From assembly GCA_036785375.1 (NCBI GenBank), contig JAWMAR010000030.1, positions 8,122,001-8,186,000 on the forward strand: a DNA stretch of 64,000 nucleotides, read 5' to 3'. The position numbers were made by a program, and so were the translations under genes. This stretch comes from Leucoraja ocellata. Taxonomy: Eukaryota. Position 1 is the first letter of the stretch. The number at the start of each line of letters is the position of its first letter. The notes beneath the pieces are model-generated. The model was not told where the DNA came from and searched no databases. It saw only the letters and a program-made list of their open reading frames with translations. Below, in pieces: positions 39,601-53,024 of the stretch.

Positions 39601-41190
39601 CAGTGTATTCAGAAAGTATTCAGACCCCTTCACTTTTTCCACATTTTGTTATGTTACAGCCTTATTCTAAAATAGATTTTTAAATAGAAATTCATTTTTT
39701 TTATCATCAATCTACACACAATAACCCCATAATAAAAAAGCGAAAACAGGTGTTTTGAAATTTTTTGCAAAGTAATTAAAAATAAATCTGAAATATCACA
39801 TTTACATATGTATTCAGACCCATTACTCAGTATTTTGTTGAGGCACCTTTGGCAGCGATTACAGCCTCAAGTCTTCTTGGGTATGACACTACAAGCTTGG
39901 CACACCTGTATTTGTGTAATTTCTTCCATTCTTCTATCCAGATCCTCTCAAGCTCTGTCAGGTTGGATGGGGAGCGTCGATGCACAGCTATTTTCAGGTC
40001 CCTCCAGAGATGTTCGATTGGATTCAAGTCCGGACTCTGGCTGGGCCACTCAAGAACATTCACAGACTTGTCACGAAGCCACTCCTGGGTTGTCTTGGCT
40101 GTGTGCTTAGGGTCGTTGTCCTGTTGGAAGGTGAACCTCCGCATCAGTCTGAGGTCCACAACGCTCTGGAGTAGGTTTCCATCAAGGATCTCTCTGTACT
40201 TTGCTCCGTTCATCTTTCCCTCGATCCAGACTAGTCTCCCAGTTCCTGCCGCTGAAAAACATCCCCACAGCATGATGCTGCCACCAGCATGCTTCACAGT
40301 AGGTGATGAGCGGTGCCTGGTTTCCTCTAGACATGACGCTTGGTATTCGGGTCAAAGTTCAATCTTGGTTTCATCAGACCAGAGTCCTTTAGGTGCCTTT
40401 TGGCAAACGCCAAGCCGGCTGTCCTGTGCCTTTTACTGAGGAGTGGCCACTCTACCATAAAGGCCTGATTGGTGGAGTGCTGCAGATGTAGTTGTCCTTC
40501 TGGAAGGTTCTCCCATCTCCACAGAGGAACTCTGGAGCTCTGTCAGAGTGATGATCGGGTTCTTGGTCACATCCCTGACCAAGGCCCTTCTCCCCTGATT
40601 GCTCAGTTTGGCCGGGAGGCCAGCTCTATGAAGTCCTGGCGATTCCAAAGTTCTTACATTTAAGAATGACGGAGGCCACTGTGCTATTCAGGACCTGCAA
40701 TGCTGCAGAAATTGTTTTATACTCTTCCCCAGATCTGTGTCTCGACACAATCCCGTCTCGGAGTTTCTACGGACAATTCCTTCATCTTCATGGCTTGGTT
40801 TTTGCTCTGACATGCACTGTTAACTGTGGGACCTCATATAGACAGGCGTGTGCCTTTCCAAATCATGTCCAATCAATTTAATTTACCACTGGTGGGGTCC
40901 AATCAAGTTGTAGAAACATCTCAAGGATAATCAATGGAAAGAGGATGAATTTAAGCTCAATTTCGAGTGTCATAGCAAAGGGTATGAATATTTATGTAAA
41001 TGTGATATTTCGGTTATTTTTTTTAATTACTTTGCAAACATTTCTAAACACCTATTTTTTCTTCTTCATTCTGGGGTATTGTGTGTAGATTGATGATTTA
41101 AAAAAAGAGTTTAATCCATTTTAAAATAAGGCTGTAACATAACAAAATGTGGAAAACGTGAAGGGGCCTGAATACTTTCTGAATGCACTG
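39601..41190 (-). mobile_element. Full-length-ended Tc1 (DD34E) IR/DR transposon, defective transposase
   Basis: TA TSDs at 39599-600 and 41191-92; long TIRs cagtg(t/c)attcagaaagtattcag; ORF 39827-40297 [10 protein letters not shown]...FQQDNDPKH...[15 protein letters not shown]; frameshifts upstream. Confidence 0.93.
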
Positions 41191-41546
41191 TAAGCAAGCT
41201 TGAAGGTGTGACAGTTCTATAACAAAACCTGTGCATGTGATCCAAACTGCAAGGATTTACATGTACCGATTAATTATGTGCACTCTCATCACTCGTGGTT
41301 ATAACCGTCTTAAGCAAAGAAATCGGGAGTGGGAGCATGATGTCATTGAGCTCTTTATCCATACTATTTTCACTGACTGTCAGGAAACAGAGACACAGTC
41401 ACAGAATATATGGCTAGTACAGGAACAAGACAAGAACAAACCTTAAAACTACTCACATTGAATTTCTACATTATATTATGGAACTATCATTTTTATTGAT
41501 ACTTCCAAACAGAAATTGGGACTTAAATCACAGCATAACCAAAGAT

Positions 41547-41810
41547 GGGCGGCACAGTGGTAGAGTTGCTGCCTTGCATCGCCAGAGACCTGGGTTTGAT
41601 CCTGACTATGGGTACAGTCTGTACAGAGTTTGTACGTTACTCCTCGTGACCTGCATGGGTTTTCTCCGGGTGTTCCAGTTTTCTCCCATACTCCAAAGAC
41701 ATACAGGTTTGTAGGTTAATTGGCTTGGTAAAATTATAAATTGTCCCATGAGTGTGTGTAGGATAATGTTAGTGCGAGGCGAAGGCCTGTGTCCATGCTG
41801 TATCTCTAAA
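41547..41810 (+). mobile_element. tRNA-derived SINE
   Basis: gggcggcacagtggtagagttgctgcct...gacctgggtttgatcctgact...gaaggcctgtgtccatgctgtatctctaaa. Confidence 0.8.
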
Positions 41811-41962
41811 TTATCCACAGAAAGGATTAAAAAAAATAATCATTCATAAGATGCTTAAACAAATTGTTGAATTGTCACAAAGAAAAAAAACTGGACCAGA
41901 ACTTAAACGGTAATTTTGAGGGAGAATTTGTGGAGACTTTGATACAAGATAGATTTTCTTAC

Positions 41963-42076
41963 CAGCAAGTCACTGGATCCTGCATGCATATACTTGTCCA
42001 TGAAATCCAGGATCGTTAACCACAGAGCAGCAAATGTTGGTAGAGACAACAACGGAGACAAATGTTGGAGGAAAAC
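41963..42076 (-). CDS. GBF1: GBF1 exon
   Basis: VFLQHLSPLLSLPTFAALWLTILDFMDKYMHAGSSDLL. Confidence 0.93.
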
Positions 42077-43014
42077 CTTTAGATGGGCAGAAAAGGAGAA
42101 ATATTTTACATAAGAAAGTCAATGTCCAAAATATAATTGTACAAGGTAAATGCATCCTAACAAAATGACCAGTCAAGTTCATTTAATAGATCTTGTGTTT
42201 CAATTCTTTGAAAATGCCAGCCTTCTTTCAAATGCAAGGTCGCTAACAACTCGGGCCCATCACTCACGAACTGAACATATTGGTACACATATTAATCCTT
42301 TGCAACTCCTAGCAGTCCAACACAGAGCGTCAGAAATTTTAAATCTTTAATTTTACATAACTATATTGCATGTAAACTATATTCAATGTAAATCTAATTT
42401 AGTGAATGGTAGTCAATGTGAATTATTATGATCTGATGTGAGATGCAGAACTTGACATCAACAGCCAACAGATTGAGTTGAATTTTGAACAAAAGTATAA
42501 ATAACTCAATGATGTTAGTTGATTTGACTTTCTACCACCTATGCTGGCTGGTAAGAGAAAAATACACTCTGGGAGGTAGCTTTCTACAAAGGTAGAAACT
42601 TACCAGAAAATATGACGGTTGTCCCTACCACCTTATATTCAGCATAATGCAGTTATCCCTATTTTGTTTTACCTACTGGCTTCCAGTTCAACAACATCTC
42701 ATTCGTTTATACATAGATAGCCAACAATTAGCTGAAAGAAATCACCTAAAGCAATTCTCCAGATCAATTGTACGAGAGCTGCCTGAACAATGTGGATATA
42801 TGGAAATATCACCAGTAGCCACTCATGGAACAAGTATATATTTCCGAGTCTATATTTCTGAGTCATTAATTCAATTTAGAATAATGTACACACAAAATCA
42901 AATCTTTGTAACTAGTGTGGCTAAATACTATATTGTACATGCACAGCCCAAGTGGACAGTGGATGTCATCACAGCCCCAAACCCATCTCATCAAAACAAG
43001 GACGACAAACTCAC

Positions 43015-43116
43015 TTTGCAAAGCAAGGTTGAAGCTCGCATTCTGGTCTCTTCCATCCCTCCGACATCAGCTGGGCTGATATTCTCCAAAAGTTTTGTCA
43101 GTAATGGAAACAATAC
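43015..43116 (-). CDS. GBF1: GBF1 exon
   Basis: VLFPLLTKLLENISPADVGGMEETRMRASTLLCK. Confidence 0.93.
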
Positions 43117-43216
43117 CTTCACAAACAAATAACATGATTAAGCAACTGCTAATTTATTTTAATCTGTTTTAAACATGGATTTTAAAAACATTGTCGGTGG
43201 TGAGGCTTCTTTGTAC

Positions 43217-43347
43217 CTTGTTAAAGCAGGATTCCCATTCTAAAGCATCCAGTGTTTGCAGATCATGCACTAACAGTGCTCTCTGTAGGTAAGTAAGTGC
43301 TTGCATTCTGACTTGGCGCCTGGCATCACAACACAGCCACGCAATGC
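43217..43347 (-). CDS. GBF1: GBF1 exon
   Basis: IAWLCCDARRQVRMQALTYLQRALLVHDLQTLDALEWESCFNK. Confidence 0.93.
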
Positions 43348-43499
43348 CTGAAGAGACAATATACAGAGATGGATGAGGCTCCCTTAAACCTTAAACTCCC
43401 GCAGACATTTATTAATGCATTGTACAAAGCATCACAATCTGTCTGAAAACTCTTATTTCTCCTCTGAGATTGTATTGAGATCCATCAATAAGCACTCTC

Positions 43500-44402
43500 T
43501 CCGTCCTAACCGCACATTCCTGCTTTCTCCCCATAACCCCTGACACCCGTACTAATCAAGAATCTATCTATCCCTGCCTTAAAAATATCCATTGATGGCC
43601 ACCACAGCCTTTGGTGGCAATGAATTCCACAGATTCACCACCTTCTGACTAAAGAAATTCCTCCTCATCTGCTTCCTATAGGAACATCCTTTAATTCTGA
43701 GGTTATGACCCCTAGTCCTAGACTCTCCCACAAGTGGAAACATCCTCCACATCCACTCTATCCAAGCCTTTCAATATTCGGTAAGTTTCAATGAGGTCCC
43801 CCCTCATTCTTCTAAACTCCAGCGAGTACAGGCCCAGTGTCATCAAACACTCGTCATATGTTAACCCATTCATTCCTGGGATTATTCTTGTAAACCTCTG
43901 GACCCTCTCTAGATCCAGCACACTCTTCCTCAGATATGGTGCTCAAAATTGCTCACAATGCACGAAATGCAGCCTGACCAGCGCCTCAGGATTACATCCG
44001 TTTTTGAAACAAATGCTATCATTGCGTTTGCCTTATTTGCTACTGATTCAACTTGCAGATTAACTTTTTGGGAATCGTACACCAGCACTCCCAAATCCCT
44101 TTGCACCTCCAATTTCTGGATTCTCTCCCCATTTAGAAAATAGTTTACGTCTTTATTCCTACTATCAAAATGCACGACTCCACACTTTGCTACACTATAT
44201 TCCATCTGCCACTTCTCTGCTCACTCTCTCAATCTGTCCAAGTCCATCTGCAGAGTTCCTGGTTTCTCTACAATACCTGCCCCTCCACCTATTTTCAAAT
44301 CATCCCCAAACTTTACCACAAAGCCTTCAATCCCCTCATCCAAATCATTAATATGCAACGGGAAGAATAGCGGCCCCAGCACCGACCCTTGCGGAACTCC
44401 GC
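43500..44402 (-). mobile_element. CR1 LINE RT fragment
   Basis: GVPQGSVLGP...KFGDDLKIGG...QRDLGVLV...LERVQRFTRIIPGM...RRMRGDLIETYRILKGLDRVD. Confidence 0.9.
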
Positions 44403-44937
44403 AAATGTCTTTGACATTTCCACTCTGACAAATTGGTTCCAACTGTCTACCCTATCTATGCGTCCCGTAATTTCCTCTCAGCTTCCTGTGCTACAGACAA
44501 AACAATCCAAGTTTGTCCAACCTCCTCTTGTAACTTAGATTTCATAGAATTTATTGCTGCAGATGTATCATACATCTTGTGTCAATACAAAAGCCGTGTT
44601 GGTTACACCAGTGAGGAAGTATCATTTAACTCCATCTAATATATCTAACTGGGAGAAGAACTGAGATACTAGGCCAGTACAAAGACCTACCCTATTTCAT
44701 ATTTTAATATAGAGAACTTTTTTTCCCCCATTTATTATATTGTTTACATATGTTTACATATTCTGCTGTGCTGCTGCAAGTCAGAATTTAATTGTTCTAC
44801 CTGGGACATATGACAATAAAACACTCCTGACTTGACTCTCATTTCTTCTCATTACTTTGAAAGAACTCCAAGAGCTCATAAGCTAAACATACACAACTTA
44901 TGAACCATCTCCCCACAATCTGGTCGCAATGGCTCAC

Positions 44938-45088
44938 CTTGCAACAGCGGACACCAGCAGTTCAACCACAAAGTTCTGGCATCAGCATCAATTTTCTTTC
45001 CTGCCGGCTCCAGGTGGCGCTGTTCTTCAGCCCAAGAGCTGTAGATGTTGGCAGCTCTGGTGTGTAGTGTGTGCATCAAATCCAGAAG
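44938..45088 (-). CDS. GBF1: GBF1 exon
   Basis: LLDLMHTLHTRAANIYSSWAEEQRHLE...CWCPLLQ. Confidence 0.93.
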
Positions 45089-46261
45089 CTGAATCAAGAG
45101 ACACGAGCAAGTTAGCTGGATCTTGTAGGCATTTTACATAGAAACGATAAAAGTATATTTTAAAACATGCCCCTTGAGCTTGGTCCAACATTCAATTCAA
45201 TCATGGCTAGCTCTTAACTCCATTTACTCACTTTGGTTATATTTTATACCCTTATCCAACAAAGGTCAATTTTCCAAACCTTAAACTGAAACTTAGCTTT
45301 GAAGCTTCTATCGAAGACAACTATTGCATGAAGTTGTGCTTCTTGACATCACCCGAGGGCCCTAATTCAGGGTTTGAGATAATCCCAACTAAAACACTGA
45401 TATCTTAATTTAGTCCATTAAATCATCCTAAAAAAATTAATTTGATCACCCCTTAATTTTCCAAAACTTACAAGAATACAAACTACTAATCTTACAATTT
45501 AACCTGAGCCCCAGTATTATTCCGGTAACAATGTTACACTTGAGTAACACCCTGATTTGAACACTGCACCGACATATTTACCAGACAAGACCTACCTCCT
45601 GTAGGACATATCTACAGGGGGAATATACACAACAATAGGATTTATGTGGTGTAGAGAAGGTGTTTTTGGAGTATACATTCATACATATATACAAGGCATA
45701 CAAGACAGTTTCCTCATTGGTTATCAGACAGAACAAAGAACAGGAAGTCACTAGAATTATGTACAGCTGAAGGCACAGCAACTACTAGAATTCAGATAAC
45801 CATAGAATGGAAAAGACACACATGTGCGACAGAGCAGATTTACAAGGATGCTGAAAGGACTGAGAATAGTTTGCCACGGAGAAAACGTTGGATAAGCTAG
45901 GATTGTTTACTTTGAAACAAAGGTAGCTGAGGGGAGAATTAAAATGTATAAAATTGAGGTCCAAATAAACTTGGAGCACACATTTCACTGAGCACAAGTG
46001 GGGAAAAAAGGTGGGGAGGTGTTAGAACAGAAAGATAGAGGGGGGGGGGGGAAGGTATTAGAACAGAAAGATAGTGGGAAGGCAAGTTTACTGAGATACT
46101 CTTGGTCAATTCAAACGGTGGAAATTTCATAATAAGGAACCCTGAAACACTAAGGAAAAGGAATAAAAAATGAAATAGGATTCCAAGTTTGACAGAACAG
46201 TCTCATTGAGAACAGGCAGCATGAGGCAAGATGAGGAATCGGAAAGACCTGCTATACTTAC

Positions 46262-46464
46262 ATCCTGACTAACCTGCAATGACACAGTGTGATAACTTGC
46301 GGGTACACTGTCGTCTTCATCATCATCACTATGCAACTTTGATGGACGATGGTTAAAAGACTTGGACCGCTTCATCGAACTCTCCTTTTCCTTTTGTTTC
46401 TTCTTTAGTCGGTTTGATTTGTCAAATTTGTATGTTTTAGATTTCCTCTCATGTGTTTTATACC
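46262..46464 (-). CDS. GBF1: GBF1 exon (alternative donor at 46274)
   Basis: YKTHERKSK...SDDDEDDSVPASYHTVSLQ(VSQD); donors CAG|gttagt and GAT|gtaagt. Confidence 0.9.
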
Positions 46465-47015
46465 CTGCAACAAGCCCCAAATTACAAAAATACCAACTGT
46501 GATATCAGCAAACCAATGTGGAAGGAAAAAATCCAATCCAATGATCGACAAGCCATGAGGATGGGTAACGCCACAATTTTAGCCACATGTACTTTCGTAG
46601 ATAATACCTTACCTGGTCACAAACAATTCTGAAAAGAAATATACGTGGCAGTCTGCAAAACATCATCTGCCACCCCTGTAAACTGCTTCTTCTCTTACCA
46701 TTTCACAAACATGCAGACGCTCACATGCATACCATGCAAGATCATAGCTGTATATTAATCTTTACTGAATGACATGATGCAATGAAAAACAGCTGGATTC
46801 CTTAGTTATTATACCAATGTTTTGCATGTCTATGCCTGGGTTGATTTTAGAAAGACCCAAGGGGTTTAAAATTCTAAAATGAACATTGCTGGACTGTGAA
46901 GCAAAGCAAAAAAGATACGCATAACATTTTAATTTATTAGTCACAATTTGCTGCTTAATGCGAAATGCAGATTTTTAGTGTGGATCAAGGAAAAGGAAAC
47001 ACTTCCACAACTTAC

Positions 47016-47262
47016 CACCATTGAGATTTGCTTCTACAAAGATGCGAATTGATTTTACACAAAGTTCAAAATTTTCTGGTGTTACATGGGCGGCATCTCT
47101 TACAATAAACGACAGCGATTCCACACACTTGATAAGTGACTTAGTATCGTGTGAGCCCAGATCCTGTCCCAAAGTTAGGCTGTACTGATTGACTAGAGGA
47201 GAGCAGCCCGGCTTCATGCCTTGGACAGAGGCTTTGTTGGTATCCAAGTCATCTCTCCCCAC
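47016..47262 (-). CDS. GBF1: GBF1 exon
   Basis: VGRDD...NQYSLTLG...HDTKSLIKCVESLSFIVRDAAHVTPENFELCV...NLNG. Confidence 0.93.
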
Positions 47263-47509
47263 CTGCCAAAAATATCATCAACAATGTGAGCAATCAGATT
47301 TAGAAGTTTAGAAATATACAAAAAACATTCTCGCATTATTGCTTCTTTTAGGTATATGACATTAGGTTGTTTCATAATCATGTGTCAGTATCCAAGTATA
47401 TGAAACTCGCATTAAATAGCATCTTAATCAATGTCCCACGACACAGCAGTGTCAACCTTGTGCATTTAACATACTGCAAAATATGCAAAATAATATAAGG
47501 CTATTATTG

Positions 47510-47940
47510 GGCTGGCCTGAAGAGGATGGGTCTGCCAAGTCTCCTGTCCCTGGAGTATTGGAGACCAAGGGGTGACCTGATAGAGGTTTATAAAATCATG
47601 AGGGGCAATGATAAGGTGAATTGCCACAGTCTGTTCCCCAGCAAAGGGTAGTCTAAATCTAGAGGGCATATGTTCAAGGCAAGAGGGGAAAGATTTAAAA
47701 TGGACCCGAGAGGCAACTTCTTCACACTGAGGGAAGTGGAAACATGGAACAAGCTGTCAGAAGAAGCAGTAAAGGAGGGTTCAATTATGACATTGTAAAG
47801 ACAGGTGGAAAGGTATGTAGATAGAAAAGGTTTGGAGAGATATGGGCCAGGTGAGGCAAGTGGGATCAGCTTGGTTAGGCAACTTGGTCGGCATTGTTGG
47901 TTTGGTCCAAAGCCGTTTCATATTGCATAGCTTTATGGTT
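47510..47940 (+). mobile_element. CR1 LINE 3' fragment
   Basis: ggggtgacctgatagaggtttataaaatcatgagggg...agagggcata...tggaacaagctg. Confidence 0.75.
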
Positions 47941-48239
47941 CTCTATTAAATACACTCACTGCAGATTAGCAAGCAGTGCTGAAAACTCTTTTTTTTGTTG
48001 CAATAAATGAATGTTAATAATTTCCAAACATTATTATTAGTGTGTTTCACTATTGTTGGTTGTTTATTTTTCTTATAATACTGAACTTTGTTGTTGATTA
48101 TCGTGTTTACAGAGTTCTATGTTTACTTATCTGTTGTAAGAATTCCATTGTCCCCTTTCGGAACACATGACAATAAAACGCTCTCGACTCTTGGAAACAA
48201 GAAGTGAAAATGCGTACAGTTCACTTGTACATGACTCAC

Positions 48240-48400
48240 CACCAGCCAGCCACTGCTGGCAATGTCAACATCAGTGGCAGAACGGTGTACCTTGGTCTGC
48301 TTCCCATGCTCTGCATACACTTCAGAGTCTGAGGTGTAGCCACGATCTGAATTAACTTCACTAGGATGGTAGGATGCAATTTCACTATCAGACTGCGCAC
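48240..48400 (-). CDS. GBF1: GBF1 exon
   Basis: AQSDSEIASYHPSEVNSDRGYTSDSEVY...HRSATDVDIASSGWLV. Confidence 0.92.
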
Positions 48401-50219
48401 CTTTTAAAGAAGCACAACATTCTTTACTGTAAGATCACGTACACTGAAGTATAGATGCTTAAAATCCTCCCACACTCCAAACACCTACAGGTTTGTAGGT
48501 TAATTGGCTTGGTATGAATGTAAAATTGTCCCGAGTGCGTGAAGGACGAGGAACAGTAATGATATATTAAGATCATACAAACCAGTCCAGCAGAAGAATT
48601 AACGCCAATGTAGATTGATTCCATTACTTATTCTTAATGGAATTTGGAATAAATGATGTCCAACCTGAACACATCCCAATGGGGAACAAGCACCCAAGAT
48701 GCACGAACTTTAAGCCATTTTGCTTAGCTTTCCCACTGCAACCTTCTACTATTCATGCCAGGAAAAAAAACCCTGGAGCATCTTCATGCTAATTAAAAAT
48801 TTCAAGTTGGCACCAGCCATGCTGGGAACCATACAAAATACAACCCTGATATCAACACTGGGGCCCACTGCACACATTTATTCCACTAAAACCGTCCACT
48901 TGCAACCAGATAAATGAACCCACATTGAAAATGTTGTTAGTTGTCCAAATCTGAGAGTGAAGCCACTGGAGGAAAACCCATGTATCTTAACTGGTTGCAA
49001 CCTCATTTGGTTTTGATGCATTGTACTTAACCATTCATTGGATAATTATATAATCAAACACCGAGCCTGTGTTGAATATGGGATTTTTGAGATCAAAATA
49101 TATGCATCTCCTGTAGGAATTCATCCCTCAAAAAAGGAAAAAGTGAGTATTCAGATACCCTGGGCCACTTACAAATTTCCTTTGACTCTGTAGGTCGACT
49201 TCTCAGAGACCAGCTCACCCTGCCGATTAATATGTAGTGTAAGTGTGACATTGAAGAATGAAGGAGCTAATATTTTAAGGAATTCAACAAATCTACATCA
49301 TAATAAATCGCCTAAATTCTGAATGTGATGCGGAAAGCACCCTTGAGATTATCGCAATGTTTAAAGATGTTTCTGTTAGTTAAAAGTGGCAGCAATTCTC
49401 TATTATAGCTATATATAAATATTGATCTATGTTGAGTGCGGATGCACATTTAGCTGCAATAAATTCTAATTAATTGCAATTTTAATTCCTACTATAAGAT
49501 TACAAGACCATTTAGAAATACTTTGCCAATTTCTTGTTGTAAGCTCACAAAAGAGCAGGATTTCCTATTTTTAAAGTACCTAATTAGCAAAGCCCACCTA
49601 CCCATGTGTGACATTTATCACATTTTGTTTACTTATAATAAGCTCAGCTCAAGTTCAGTGTTTATAGCAATGAGTGAAATTCAATACACTGTTTCATTAA
49701 TGGACCTCTTGTTAGATCAATGAGATTTACAGAATATATTAGCGTTAATTAAAAAGGCTTCATAGACAATAAGCAGCTGAAATACCGGGTATCCAATTTT
49801 ACTTTGCATCCTTATTTTCAGTTTGTTTCCTTCTCCACTATCTTCTCCACTGCTCTGTTTTGTCTTGAATGAACCATCCAACCACAACTAGAGAACAGTC
49901 CTGAACTACTATCTACCTCAATGGGGACCCTCGGACTATCTTTGATCGGACTTTACTGGCTTTACCTTGCACTAAATGTTATTCCCTTATCATGCATCTG
50001 TGCACTGTGAGTGGGTCGATTGTAATCATGCATTGTCTTTCCGCTGACTGGTTAGCATGCAACAAAAGCTTTTCACTGTACCTCGGTACACGTGACAATA
50101 TACTGAAACTGAAAGATTAACTGAAATGAAGTAAACACCAGCTGCTTGTTAGTGGATATGCCTTCACTTGACATAACATCTGAGCGGCTGCTTAGTAAAA
50201 GGTAATTCTGGAAATTAAC

Positions 50220-50445
50220 CTGCATCATGGCTATCAACTCCAGATGCTATCTGTAGAGCAGGTGGAGGTTTGACTCCTGCGCCAATACATTCTAGGAGCG
50301 TAAACAAGGTACACCAGTCATCACTCGAGTGAATGTTGGCAGCATTGGTCTTCAGCAGCTCATGCAAGCCATATGCAATTTGTCGGCTCACTCTTGATAA
50401 GACAATTGGTTTCATCATGAGCAGAACTCTCAAGGAGTGAAGCAC
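50220..50445 (-). CDS. GBF1: GBF1 exon
   Basis: VLHSLRVLLMMKP...IAYGLHELLKTNAANIHS...LLECIGAGVKPP. Confidence 0.93.
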
Positions 50446-51008
50446 CTGAAAAATAAATCAAAATATGTTAGACAAAAATATAATTCATGTTATTTCATTC
50501 AATTATTTGAAATGCAATTAGAACTGTCTTGATAGAATACTTCATGAGAAGTGACAATGGCAGAATCCGCATTGGATACTGCTGAGCACTAAGTTTACAA
50601 TAATACTCCTTTTATTGCAGGAATTTACATCTACCAAAGAAAAACTAACATTAGATCAGATTTCACTGGCTAGTTCCATTGTTCAAAATCCAATCTCTGG
50701 TGTTCGATGTTTAAACAACATTGTCCAAAACATCTGCACATGAACGGTCAAACTGCAACAACCCAGACTTGCGGACAGATTGTAAATACCATATTTGTCA
50801 GTTTACTTCTTGGATTCTGTACATGATTGTAAAAACAAATGAATAAAAGGAATATGATTTAAAAATAAGTCAGTGGTAATCTGCTGTGTTGTGAATTTGT
50901 GGCTTCATGTTGGAAGGTAAATTAAATGGCTCCTTGAATGTTCATATTCAAATTGGACTAGTTCACTTTTTTTTTTATAAAGTCGCTTGGCCCTGCAATT
51001 CCTCATAC

Positions 51009-51162
51009 CTGTGAACTGATCTCCTCTCTGCGTAGCAACCGTATTGCCAGCCTTAGAAGACCTACAACGGCTCTTTCAACAAGGAAGCATTGCTCTGTGG
51101 CATGAACAGTCAAATGGTACAGATGGTCTCTTACAGTTTGCCAGACACAGGAGACACGATCT
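51009..51162 (-). CDS. GBF1: GBF1 exon
   Basis: DRVSCVWQTVRDHLYHL...FLVERAVVGLLRLAIRLLRREEISSQ. Confidence 0.93.
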
Positions 51163-52094
51163 CTGTAGGAAAGAAAAGCATCAAATTAAAAAAAATAGAA
51201 ATCTTTCACACGTGAAGTTGCTTAAGAAATCCACGAAGGCGGAAGATGAAACATCTGCCCTTCTAGTTTTACCCTTTCTCTGCATTGATGGGCCCTAATC
51301 ATATCTTCCAGATGAAGCAGTGATGACAAGCATTTCTTCCAATTTCATTTACAGTGTTATGGATTCCTCTATATTGGAGAACCAAAAGATAGATTGGATA
51401 TCTTTTTTGAAGCACATTTCTATTCAGTCCACAAGGATGACTATGAACATTCAATTTTCAATCCCATTCCTACTCTGAATGACCACTCTCGGTCTCTTAC
51501 TGTTCTTCCAATGAAGCCCAAAAGAAACTCGAGGAACACTGCATTACTGACCTTGGAACTTAACGCCAAATTCAACATTATCAGCTAATTAGTCTATCCA
51601 GATTGTATTGGAACTGGTCAATTCTGAAAGCATCCTTAACCTGCAATGTTAATACGATATCTCTCATCACAGTTGTTGCCCGACCTGCTGAGTATTGACA
51701 AACATAGCCTGGTTTTATTTCAGATCTTCAGCATCTGTAGAATCCTGCTTCTCAACACTGTAGCTCAAGGTTCCTGTATTTTCTTCTTAATTTATCGCTC
51801 TGTTCCAATAAAACTCCTCTCACGTACAAATCCTCCAGAGATCTTCAAACCTTTATCACTCTCTCAACTAACAACACACTTGCATCATACAATCTGAAAG
51901 ATGGCCTACAACTAGCCTGCTTGATCTACAACTTTTCACAGTTCTGACAGAAAGTAATTGACTGTGGACATTAATTTTGTGGTTCCATCCATGCTGCTTG
52001 ATCCAATGAACACTGCCTAGATATCTGGCCCATATTCGACTTCTGAGAGTGATCAGTTGTTCAACCGTGAGGCAGCCCGGACATTTTCTTGTAC

Positions 52095-52189
52095 CTGTTT
52101 TCCAGCACGATCCGGAGCAGCATCTCAAGGCAAAAAGCCGCATCTTCCTCATCATAGGTCTCCTCGTCTGGTGTAACAGAAATGAGGGC
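52095..52189 (-). CDS. GBF1: GBF1 exon
   Basis: ALISVTPDEETYDEEDAAFCLEMLLRIVLENR. Confidence 0.93.
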
Positions 52190-52596
52190 CTAATGAAATA
52201 ACGTTAAATTAAATTGTTTTAAAGGAAAGTTGTCCAATCCAAAGCAAGCTGGTAAAGTTGGTATAAAAACACCAAGGTAAATCAACATTGCATTAAGAAT
52301 TCATCAACAATCTAACAGCTTTTTGATGAAATTGTCATGTGTGGTAGATTCACATGGGATAGTTATAGGGCATAAACTGATGATAGAGATTCATATAATG
52401 TCTTTAGCAGATTCACAGCCCTCCAAAGAATCTGGGTCTTCCATAAGTTACTAAAATGACCTGGATTTGCCTCATCACAGCAAAACTCTGAACTGAATAG
52501 GAGATCAACATTTAAACACAATAACTATGGGCAAGATACATGATAATCAGTGGCAAGAGCATGAGATTTGGATTGTTTACTTTATAATCATCGAAC

Positions 52597-52668
52597 CTTC
52601 ATCAGCTCTTGAAGAGACTCCAACTGAAGGAATTTGCTCTCAGTAATCAGCTTCTCAGGGTCACATTG
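52597..52668 (-). CDS. GBF1: GBF1 exon
   Basis: QCDPEKLITESKFLQLESLQELMK. Confidence 0.93.
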
Positions 52669-52859
52669 CTGGAATATAAAACAAGTTAAAAATCATGTCA
52701 TGACCAATGAGGTTGAGTAACATCACTGCAGATCATTAAACAATATTTCATCAGCAAATACCCAGATGATAAATCCTAACGACACTGTCAAATAATATGA
52801 ATAGTCTGAGAAATAATTAAACCATTGAAAATCTCATGATATTGGAAGGTCATGATATC

Positions 52860-53024
52860 CAGTGGCGGACTGGGTCTAAAAATATTGGTTGCCAGGAGAC
52901 AAAGGGGGCCCACCCACAACTACAATGCTATCATCTAACAGGGGCCCACTTGCCATCACTTGCTATCACTTCATCAGGGGCCCACTTGCCATCGGACACT
53001 GACACCCTGGCCAGTCCGCCACTG
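52860..53024. mobile_element. hAT-type MITE
   Basis: TIRs cagtggcggactgg / ccagtccgccactg; 8-bp TSD atgatatc / atgatacc; three internal ggggcccac motifs. Confidence 0.85.

Noticed and set aside
39849-40439. 196-aa plus-strand ORF
   Set aside because: Antisense shadow of the Tc1 transposase.
42647-43132. 161-aa plus-strand ORF
   Set aside because: Antisense to a GBF1 exon and intron, with no coding signature.
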